A DNA stretch of 64,000 nt from Pseudomonadota bacterium (GTDB lineage: Bacteria; Desulfobacterota; Desulfuromonadia; Geobacterales; Pseudopelobacteraceae). The notes beneath the pieces were generated by a model. It saw only the letters and a list, made by a program, of their open reading frames with translations, ran no database searches and was not told the DNA's origin. Shown piece after piece: positions 57,285-64,000 of this stretch. Both the position numbers and the translations under genes were made by a program. The stretch lies in contig JABBNX010000003.1 of the NCBI GenBank assembly GCA_019352135.1, positions 3,149 to 67,148 on the forward strand, read 5' to 3'. Every line of letters begins with the position of its first letter. Position 1 is the first letter of the stretch.

Positions 57285-57688
57285 AAAAAACCGAAGCTGC
57301 TGAAAAAACGACCCTGACCCCGGCTGAGCGGGCACTAAAATGCGCCGAGCTGGCATATGACAAAAAAGCATATGATATCTGTGTCCGTGATATCTCCCGG
57401 GTCTCGTCAATTGCCGATTATATGGTGATTATTTCCGGTTCATCGGACAAACAGAACCAGGCCATCGCTGACAATATCCGTACCGGATTGAAAAAATACG
57501 GCAAAGTCAACGATATCGAAGGCGCTGTTGACGGCAAGTGGATCGTCATGGATTATGGTGATGTGCTGGTGCATATCTTCCATGACCAGATCCGCCGTTA
57601 TTATGATCTGGACGGCCTGTGGGGCATGGCACCCGAACTTGAATTGCCGCCTGAAATCAAAGCAAGCCGCAAGGAAGCTGATTTTTGA
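57275..57688 (+). CDS. rsfS: Ribosome silencing factor RsfS (Iojap family)
   Basis: 137 aa. ..KKA.DI.V.D......ADY.VI.SG.S..Q..AIADNI......., WI..DYGDV.VHIF....R..Y.L..LW. Confidence 0.9.
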   Translation: MPVKKTEAAEKTTLTPAERALKCAELAYDKKAYDICVRDISRVSSIADYMVIISGSSDKQNQAIADNIRTGLKKYGKVNDIEGAVDGKWIVMDYGDVLVHIFHDQIRRYYDLDGLWGMAPELELPPEIKASRKEADF

Positions 57689-58143
57689 AAATCAAGGTAC
57701 TCTGGGTCGGAAAAAGCCGTGACCCGTGGGTAAAGGATGCGATCAACGAATATGCAGGTCGCATCCTGCGCTACGCTCCACTGGACCTGATCGATATCCG
57801 GGACGAAAAGGGGGCCGTCGCCGAGGAAATGCGCCGCCGGGAATGCGAACGGTTGGAGAAGCAGATTCCCCCCGGCGCGACTCTGGTTTTGCTGGATGAA
57901 CGGGGCGAACAGATGGACTCTCCCGGATTGGCGGCCTTTGTCGGCAAACAGCGTGACAGCGGCACCGGCGAACTGATCTTTGCCATTGGCGGCGCCTACG
58001 GTTTCTCTGAAGAATTCCGCCGGCGTGGCATGTTGCTGTCTCTGTCAAGAATGACCTTCACTCACCAGATGGTGCGGGCCTTCCTGTTGGAACAGATTTA
58101 CCGGGCGTTTACTATTTTGAACAAAGAGCCGTATCATCATTGA
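57685..58143 (+). CDS. rlmH: 23S rRNA (pseudouridine1915-N3)-methyltransferase RlmH
   Basis: 152 aa. [10 protein letters not shown]......AI.EY..R......L..I.., [10 protein letters not shown], ..LSLS.MTF.HQM.R..L.EQ.YRA. Confidence 0.9.
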   Translation: MKIKVLWVGKSRDPWVKDAINEYAGRILRYAPLDLIDIRDEKGAVAEEMRRRECERLEKQIPPGATLVLLDERGEQMDSPGLAAFVGKQRDSGTGELIFAIGGAYGFSEEFRRRGMLLSLSRMTFTHQMVRAFLLEQIYRAFTILNKEPYHH

Positions 58144-58160
58144 TCCGAAAGGGCGTACCC

Positions 58161-59681
58161 ATGAAAAAACCACTGCTTCTGATGATCCTTGACGGCTGGG
58201 GGATCAACCCCAACCCCGCCCACAATGCCGTTGCCCTGGCAAAAACTCCCAATCTGAATAAATATATCGCGGAATACCCGCACGTTGCCATTCGTACCTC
58301 CGGCATGGCGGTTGGTCTGCCAGAGGGACAGATGGGCAACTCCGAGGTAGGGCATCTGAATCTGGGGGCCGGCCGGGTTGTCTACCAGGAATTGACCCGC
58401 GTTACCAAATCAATCCTTGATGGCGACTTCTTCACCAATCCGACCTTGCTCGACTGCATCGCCAAAGTCAAAGCGTCCGGGGGGAGGCTGCACCTCTCAG
58501 GACTCCTTTCGGATGGCGGGGTGCATTCCCATAATACCCACCTTTATGCTCTGCTGGAGCTGGCCAAACGGGAGGGTTTGACAGATGTCTTCGTGCACTG
58601 CCTGCTGGATGGCCGTGATACGCCGCCACAGAGTGGTGCCGACTATCTGGCGCAACTGGAGGCGGAGATGGTACGGATCGGCGTCGGAAAAATCGCCACG
58701 GTGATGGGACGCTATTACGCCATGGACCGCGACAATCGCTGGGACAGGGTGGAGAAGGCCTATGATGCGATCGTCTGTGGTGAAGGGGAGTCACGAGCCT
58801 CCGCAAAAGAGGCGATTGAGCAGAGTTATGCCGCCGGGGTACATGATGAATTTGTCGTGCCGGTTGTGGTTGCCAAAAATGCCACGCTGGATGACGGCGA
58901 CGGCTTTATTTTTTTCAATTTCCGCTCCGATCGGGCCCGTGAAATTACCCGGGCCATCGCTCTGGATAACTTCGACGGTTTTGAACGCCGGAAGCGGCCG
59001 AATTTGGCAGGTTATGTCTGCCTGACTGAATACGACGCAACCTTCGGTTTGCCGATTGCGTTCGGTTCCACGGAGTTGACCAACATTCTTGGCGGAGTGC
59101 TGGCTAATGCCGGGCTGAAGCAGCTGCGCATTGCCGAAACCGAGAAATACGCCCACGTTACTTTTTTCTTTAACGGGGGGATGGAAATTCCTTTTACGGG
59201 CGAGGATCGCGCCCTGATCCCGTCACCGAAAGAGGTTGCCACCTACGACCAGAAGCCGGAGATGAGCGCCTATAAGGTGACCGACGAGTTGCTGGCACGG
59301 CTGGAGAGCGGCACGTACGACGTCATCATTCTCAATTTTGCCAACTGCGACATGGTTGGTCACACCGGGATCGAGGCGGCGGCAATCAAGGCGGTAGAGG
59401 CGGTGGATGCCTGTGTCGGTAAGATTGTTGCCACGGTGCGGGATATGGGTGGCGCAGTGCTGATCACCGCCGACCACGGCAACGCCGAGCAGATGCAGGA
59501 TGAAAACGGCGAACCGTTCACCGCCCATACCACTAATCCGGTCTGGCTCGTGCTGGTGGATGACAGCCGCATGGGTATTACCCTGCGTGAGGGAGGACGG
59601 CTTGCCGATATTGCCCCGACCATGCTGAAAATGCTGGGGCTGGCGCAGCCGCAGGAGATGACCGGGGAGAGTTTGTTGTAA
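58161..59681 (+). CDS. gpmI: 2,3-bisphosphoglycerate-independent phosphoglycerate mutase
   Basis: [52 protein letters not shown]. Start ATG 58161 (MKKPLL..). Confidence 0.95.
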   Translation: MKKPLLLMILDGWGINPNPAHNAVALAKTPNLNKYIAEYPHVAIRTSGMAVGLPEGQMGNSEVGHLNLGAGRVVYQELTRVTKSILDGDFFTNPTLLDCIAKVKASGGRLHLSGLLSDGGVHSHNTHLYALLELAKREGLTDVFVHCLLDGRDTPPQSGADYLAQLEAEMVRIGVGKIATVMGRYYAMDRDNRWDRVEKAYDAIVCGEGESRASAKEAIEQSYAAGVHDEFVVPVVVAKNATLDDGDGFIFFNFRSDRAREITRAIALDNFDGFERRKRPNLAGYVCLTEYDATFGLPIAFGSTELTNILGGVLANAGLKQLRIAETEKYAHVTFFFNGGMEIPFTGEDRALIPSPKEVATYDQKPEMSAYKVTDELLARLESGTYDVIILNFANCDMVGHTGIEAAAIKAVEAVDACVGKIVATVRDMGGAVLITADHGNAEQMQDENGEPFTAHTTNPVWLVLVDDSRMGITLREGGRLADIAPTMLKMLGLAQPQEMTGESLL

Positions 59682-59714
59682 TGGTTGGTTAATTCACGTC
59701 GTTTGAAACATTAC

Positions 59715-59756
59715 AAAGCCGCCTAGTTCAGTGTTTGTCTGATTGGGTGGCTTTTT
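59715..59756 (+). terminator. Candidate intrinsic terminator after gpmI
   Basis: AAAGCCGCC ... GGTGGCTTT forms a 9-bp stem with one G-U pair. The loop is long (22 nt), and TTTTT partly overlaps the 3' arm. Confidence 0.35.
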
Positions 59757-59850
59757 GATTTAAGCGAATAGGCGAGGTTAAAATGGTGGCGCGTGTGGCG
59801 GGGTGTGGTGTATACATGTGGCTGTAAATGTGATGGGAGATAACACCACC

Positions 59851-62634
59851 ATGACTGAAAACCAGAACCCCGAACAAAAAGCGCGTGATTCTATCGACGC
59901 CCTGTTGAAACAGGCGGGTTGGCAGGTTCAGCACAAGAAAAAGATAGACTTGAATATTGGTCTCGGTCAGGCGGTACGCGAGTATCAAACCGATATCGGT
60001 CCGGCAGATTATGTGTTGTTTGTCGATAAAAAAGCTGTCGGGGTTATTGAGGCCAAGCGTGAAGAAGAAGGGCAGCGTCTGACCGCCCATGAACCGCAGA
60101 CTGAGGGATACGCGGCAGCCCGGTTGAAATGGGTAAACAATAAAGAACCTTTGCCATTTCTGTATGAGAGCACCGGCATCATCACCCGCTTCACCGACCA
60201 GCGTGACCCGCATCCCCGCTCCCGCGAGCTGTTTAATTTTCATCGCCCTGAAACCCTGAAAGAATGGCTCACGCAGGCAGACGCTCTGCGTGCGCGTTTG
60301 CAACAGATTCCGTCACTCAACCCGCAGAAAATCCCCGCCAAAGAACTCGGTTTACGCGACTGCCAGGAAATTGCGATCACCAATCTTGAAATATCATTCA
60401 AAGCTGATCGGCCACGGGCACTGATCCAGATGGCAACCGGCGCGGGCAAGACTTACACCGCCATCACTGCCATGTATCGCCTGCTCAAGTATGCCAACAA
60501 TAAGCGTATCCTCTTTCTGGTGGACACCAAAAACCTGGGGGAGCAGGCCGAGCAGGAGATGATGTCCTTTGTGCCGCTTGACGATAACCGCAAATTTACT
60601 GAGCTGTACAACGTGCAGCGCCTCAAATCATCATTCATCGCCAAGGATAGCCAGGTTTGCATCAGCACTATCCAGCGGCTGTACTCTATTTTGAAGGATA
60701 AGGAACTGGACGAAGCAACGGAAGAAATCAATCCGGCGGAACTGGTACTGCCCAAGGAACCGCTGCCGGTGGTGTATAACGAAAAAGTGCCGCCCGAGTT
60801 TTTTGACTTTATCTTCATCGACGAATGTCACCGCTCCATCTACAACATCTGGCAACAGGTGCTTGATTACTTTGACGCCAGCCTGATCGGCCTGACCGCC
60901 ACCCCTGACAACCGCACCTACGGCTTTTTCAAAAAGAACGTGGTTAGTGATTATAGCCATGAAAAAGCTGTTGCTGATGGAGTGAACGTCGGTAATGAGG
61001 TCTACGTCATTGAAACCGAGGTGACCGGCAAGGGTGCCCGAATCAAGACACGGCAGCAGGTGGAAAAGCGGGAGAAGCTGACGCGCCGGAAACGCTGGGA
61101 ACTGCAGGACGAAGATGTTGTCTATTCCTCAAAGCAACTCGACCAGGACATCGTCAACCCGGATCAGATCCGCACCGTCATCCGTGCTTTCCGTGACAAT
61201 CTGCCGGAAATTTTCCCCGGTCGCCGTGAGGTGCCGAAAACCTTGATCTTTGCCAAAACCGACAGCCATGCCGATGACATCATTCAAATCGTGCGTGAAG
61301 AGTTCGGCGAGGGGAACGCCTTCTGTAAAAAGCTTACCTACAAGACTGAGGAAGACCCAAAATCAGTTCTGGCCCAGTTTCGTAACGACTATCATCCGCG
61401 CATCGCCGTCACCGTGGATATGATTGCTACCGGCACCGATGTAAAACCGCTTGAATGCCTGCTGTTCATGCGGGATGTGAAGAGTCGCAACTACTTCGAA
61501 CAGATGAAAGGGCGCGGTACCCGCACCCTCGACATGGACGACTTGAGAAAAGTCACCCCTTCGGCCATGACGGCCAAAACCCACTATGTCATTGTGGATG
61601 CCATCGGGGTCACCAAATCCCTGAAAACCGCCAGCCAGCCGCTGATCACCAAGCCGACCGTGCCGCTGAAGGATCTGGCTATGGGCGTGATGATGGGCGT
61701 TCATGATGAAGATACGGTGGCATCGCTGGCCGGGCGTCTGGCCAGGCTCAACAAACAGCTCACAGCGGAAGAACAGCAGCGAGTCGCTTTGGCGGCTGGC
61801 GGGGTTGAGCTTACTGCCATCGTCGGCAATCTGTTAGCCGCCATCGATGCAGACATTATTGAAATAAAGGCACTGGAACTGGCCGGCCAGCTAAACGGAA
61901 CCGACCCCGGAGATGCCTGCCGCAACAAGGCGCAGGAACTGCTTGTGGGCGAGGCTGCCAAGGTCTTCACCGGCGAACTGGTGAACCTGCTGGAGAGCAT
62001 CCGGCGCGATAAGGAACAGACCATTGATCACGACAATCTGGATCATCTCCAGCGAGCCGAATGGGACAAGGATGCGGCTGTCAACGCGCAGGCTCTGGCG
62101 GATGAGTTTGCCGGGTATCTGCGCGAGCATAAAGATGCCATCGAAGCTCTGACGATCTTTTTCGATCAGCCGTACCGGCGGCGTGAAGTGACCTTTGCGA
62201 TGATACGGCAGGTGCTGGAGCAGCTGAAGAGTGATCGTCCCAAGTTGGCGCCGTTGCGGGTCTGGCAGGCGTACAGCCGTTTGGATGATTACCAGGGAAA
62301 GCAACCGACCGGCGAGCTGACCGCATTGGTGGCGCTGATCCTCCGTGTCTGCGGTCTGGACGGCAAGCTGGCGCTCTATGACGATGTTGTGCGTCGCAAT
62401 TTCCAGAACTGGATCATGAAGCGCCATGCCGGGACGACGGAGAAGTTCAACGAAGAGCAGATGGCATGGCTGCGCATGATTCGCGACCATGTCACCGGTT
62501 CGTTTCACATTGAGCGCGACGATCTGGAGATGGCTCCGTTTGACGCCCAGGGCGGATTGGGGAAGGTGTGTCAGTTGTTTGGCGACCGGGTGGATGGCTT
62601 GCTGGATGAGTTGAATGAGGTGTTGGCTGCATGA
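59851..62634 (+). CDS. hsdR: Type I restriction enzyme, R (HsdR) subunit
   Basis: N-terminal PD-(D/E)xK nuclease (GPADYVLFVD..VGVIEAKRE). SF2 motor motifs QMATGAGKT and FIFIDECHRS, then ..TATP.., ..MIATGTDV... Long helical C-terminal domain. Start ATG 59851 (MTENQ..). Confidence 0.9.
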   Translation: MTENQNPEQKARDSIDALLKQAGWQVQHKKKIDLNIGLGQAVREYQTDIGPADYVLFVDKKAVGVIEAKREEEGQRLTAHEPQTEGYAAARLKWVNNKEPLPFLYESTGIITRFTDQRDPHPRSRELFNFHRPETLKEWLTQADALRARLQQIPSLNPQKIPAKELGLRDCQEIAITNLEISFKADRPRALIQMATGAGKTYTAITAMYRLLKYANNKRILFLVDTKNLGEQAEQEMMSFVPLDDNRKFTELYNVQRLKSSFIAKDSQVCISTIQRLYSILKDKELDEATEEINPAELVLPKEPLPVVYNEKVPPEFFDFIFIDECHRSIYNIWQQVLDYFDASLIGLTATPDNRTYGFFKKNVVSDYSHEKAVADGVNVGNEVYVIETEVTGKGARIKTRQQVEKREKLTRRKRWELQDEDVVYSSKQLDQDIVNPDQIRTVIRAFRDNLPEIFPGRREVPKTLIFAKTDSHADDIIQIVREEFGEGNAFCKKLTYKTEEDPKSVLAQFRNDYHPRIAVTVDMIATGTDVKPLECLLFMRDVKSRNYFEQMKGRGTRTLDMDDLRKVTPSAMTAKTHYVIVDAIGVTKSLKTASQPLITKPTVPLKDLAMGVMMGVHDEDTVASLAGRLARLNKQLTAEEQQRVALAAGGVELTAIVGNLLAAIDADIIEIKALELAGQLNGTDPGDACRNKAQELLVGEAAKVFTGELVNLLESIRRDKEQTIDHDNLDHLQRAEWDKDAAVNAQALADEFAGYLREHKDAIEALTIFFDQPYRRREVTFAMIRQVLEQLKSDRPKLAPLRVWQAYSRLDDYQGKQPTGELTALVALILRVCGLDGKLALYDDVVRRNFQNWIMKRHAGTTEKFNEEQMAWLRMIRDHVTGSFHIERDDLEMAPFDAQGGLGKVCQLFGDRVDGLLDELNEVLAA

Positions 62635-62648
62635 GAGCTTTTGACGTC

Positions 62649-62674
62649 GTAGGGGCGTGGTCTCAGACCCGCCC
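62649..62674 (+). repeat. REP copy 1
   Basis: GTAGGGGCGTGGTCTCAGACCCGCCC, 15 nt after the hsdR stop. Confidence 0.85.
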
Positions 62675-62730
62675 TGGTTGCAATAGACAAAAATATTGGA
62701 TATTGCATCGTTAAGACCAGGATCAAAGGC

Positions 62731-62756
62731 GGGCGGGTCACAGACCGCGCCCCTAC
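62731..62756 (-). repeat. REP copy 2 (inverted)
   Basis: The plus strand reads GGGCGGGTCACAGACCGCGCCCCTAC, whose reverse complement is GTAGGGGCGCGGTCTGTGACCCGCCC. Confidence 0.85.
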
Positions 62757-62765
62757 AGAGATGAA

Positions 62766-63281
62766 ATGACATTCAATCCGGACATTCATCATCGTAGATC
62801 AATTCGGTTGAAGGAATACAATTATGCCGAGGGTGGAGCATATTTTGTGACCATCTGCGCGTTTCAGCGGGAATGCCTGTTCGGTGACGTGGTGGATGGC
62901 GAAATGCAGTTGAATGAAATCGGGATGATCGCACAGGATGCGTGGGATGATTTACCCAAACATTACAGCCATGTTGAATTGGATCAATTTGTAATCATGC
63001 CGAATCATGTGCATGGTATTGTGGTTTTAAATGCGGCGGTAGAAATATCACCAAAACGGCATGGATTCCCGGAAATCGTGCGGGCATTCAAATCATTTTC
63101 TGCAAAACGAGTCAATCAGTTGCGCGTCAATCCGGGTTGCCCCATGTGGCAGCGGAATTATTTCGAGCGGGTGATACGCAACGAAGACGATTTGTCAAAA
63201 GCGCGGGAATACATCGTCAATAATCCGATGAAATGGGAATTGGATAAGGAAAACCCCGCGAACGTAACGGATGGTGGATGA
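62766..63281 (+). CDS. REP-associated tyrosine transposase (RAYT; IS200/IS605 TnpA-like)
   Basis: 171 aa. YFVTICAF.R...F, HUH motif MPNHVHGIVVL, and catalytic Tyr context WQRNYFERVIRNEDD...Y I.NNP.KW. Confidence 0.85.
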   Translation: MTFNPDIHHRRSIRLKEYNYAEGGAYFVTICAFQRECLFGDVVDGEMQLNEIGMIAQDAWDDLPKHYSHVELDQFVIMPNHVHGIVVLNAAVEISPKRHGFPEIVRAFKSFSAKRVNQLRVNPGCPMWQRNYFERVIRNEDDLSKAREYIVNNPMKWELDKENPANVTDGG

Positions 63282-63282
63282 T

Positions 63283-63308
63283 GTAGGGGCGCGGTCTCAG
63301 ACCCGTCC
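63283..63308 (+). repeat. REP copy 3
   Basis: GTAGGGGCGCGGTCTCAGACCCGTCC, starting 2 nt after the RAYT stop. Confidence 0.85.
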
Positions 63309-63329
63309 GATTTCAGCAGTTCAGGTTGT

Positions 63330-63355
63330 GTAGGGGCGCGGTCTCAGACCCGCCC
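63330..63355 (+). repeat. REP copy 4
   Basis: GTAGGGGCGCGGTCTCAGACCCGCCC, followed by TAGTTGCGATAGACA. Copy 1 is followed by the similar TGGTTGCAATAGACA. Confidence 0.85.
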
Positions 63356-63465
63356 TAGTTGCGATAGACATATAGGTAGCAATTTCAGGAAAAACGTCAA
63401 AGGCAAGATCAAAGGCTGGCGGGTTTTTAGGTCGCACATGGCAAATATGGTGGTTATTGCAACAA

Positions 63466-63491
63466 GGGCGGGTCACAGACCGCGCCCCTAC
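63466..63491 (-). repeat. REP copy 5 (inverted)
   Basis: The plus strand reads GGGCGGGTCACAGACCGCGCCCCTAC, identical to copy 2. Confidence 0.85.
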
Positions 63492-63523
63492 GAAAACCAA
63501 ATGAATGATGGATTGGCGGCGGG

Positions 63524-64000
63524 ATGAAGGATTTTGAGAAAACAGATTTGCCGGTTGGGTGGGTGAAATCCGATGTTAATTCGGTTGCAGCGGAGATTCT
63601 CTCAGGCTCAGGTTTTCCAAAAGAGTATCAGGGAGAATTAACTGGCGAGTATCCTTTTGCCAAAGTTGGTACTATTTCAAAAGCGTTTCGTGCAGGTCAC
63701 AAAACAATGAATAGTGCTGACAATTATATTTCTGAGGATATCAGAGTTAAAATAAAGGCTAAATCTTTTCCAAAGGGGACTATTGTTTTCCCGAAGATTG
63801 GCGAGGCTCTTAAAAACAACTATCGTGTAATTACCAGTCGAGAAATGATTTTCGATAACAATGTGATGGGAATCGTTCCTGATTCGCGTTGTATAAATGG
63901 CGATTATTTCTATTTTTTCCTGACTACCAAAGATTTTGGTGAGTTTGCTGTAGCTACGGCAGTTCCATCAGTACGAAGAGGTGACGTTGCAAGTATATCT
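63524..64000 (+). CDS. hsdS: Type I restriction-modification specificity subunit (HsdS), 3'-truncated by the window end; not in the ORF track
   Basis: Hand translation from ATG 63524 is open to nt 64000: MKDFEKTDLPVGWVKSDVNSVAAEILSGSGFPKEYQGELTGEYPFAKVGTIS...GTIVFPKIGEALKNN...MGIVPD... This is the typical HsdS target-recognition-domain pattern (LP.GW....L......G..P). It is markedly AT-rich. Confidence 0.8.
   Translation, partial: MKDFEKTDLPVGWVKSDVNSVAAEILSGSGFPKEYQGELTGEYPFAKVGTISKAFRAGHKTMNSADNYISEDIRVKIKAKSFPKGTIVFPKIGEALKNNYRVITSREMIFDNNVMGIVPDSRCINGDYFYFFLTTKDFGEFAVATAVPSVRRGDVASIS

Larger units (their letters stand above)
62649..63491 (+). mobile_element. REPtron: RAYT (IS200/IS605-like Y1 transposase) gene bracketed by REP palindromes
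   Basis: Five copies of a 26-nt GC-rich imperfect palindrome flank ORF 62766-63281. Two lie upstream (one direct, one inverted). Three lie downstream (two direct, one inverted), with an additional degenerate copy at about 63414-63437. Confidence 0.8.

Noticed and set aside
59728-60303. 191-aa minus-strand ORF; also the 293-aa ORF at 61891-62772
   Set aside because: Both are antisense to hsdR, whose plus-strand frame carries nuclease and helicase motifs.
62649-63491. Possible CRISPR array, because of repeated 26-mers
   Set aside because: The copies occur in both orientations, with irregular spacings (about 20 to 110 nt) around a HUH-transposase gene. Each is an internal palindrome. This is REP/BIME architecture, not direct repeats with unique spacers, and there are no cas genes.

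Overview
This window is the replication-origin neighbourhood of a bacterial chromosome. Gene order and protein sequences look most like a Desulfuromonadales/Geobacter-type deltaproteobacterium, but that is inference only. The coding strand flips at the dnaA|rpmH gap (~40.8-41.1 kb). dnaA-dnaN-recF-gyrB ... gyrA and nearly everything to the left lie on the minus strand. rpmH-rnpA-yidD-yidC-mnmE-mnmG-rsmG and everything to the right lie on the plus strand.

The main item is a 19.0-kb minus-strand operon of 19 tightly coupled genes (5451-24448). Next to it sit a decayed paralogue (24786-25894) and a PagL-like gene (25927-26517). The operon has three parts:
- A type-II FAS/PKS core: KS, a His-less KS partner, ACP, ketoreductase, hot-dog dehydratase, FabD-like acyltransferase and thioesterase.
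- An aryl-polyene-like anchoring and export set: LpxL-type acyltransferase, GT2, NodB deacetylase, methyltransferase, MMPL exporter, LolA-like protein and a lipoprotein.
- Four cobalamin-domain radical-SAM enzymes plus one SPASM/twitch radical-SAM enzyme.

It has no aryl-starter genes, and the product chemistry cannot be read from the sequence. This is the best candidate for an undescribed system.

Other notable content:
- A 5'-truncated repeat-rich surface protein.
- A 5.4-kb lower-GC wedge between gyrA and gyrB that carries an orphan rpoA and a frameshifted ferritin-like gene.
- oriC candidates.
- A partial type II secretion (gspH-N-like) operon ending in a stand-alone MshEN-type (putative c-di-GMP-binding) protein.
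- nadD-rsfS-rlmH-gpmI.
- A type I R-M locus in which a RAYT gene flanked by REP repeats sits between hsdR and a 3'-truncated hsdS.

I found no rRNA, tRNA or CRISPR array. All calls come from reading the translations and the DNA by eye; no database search was possible.
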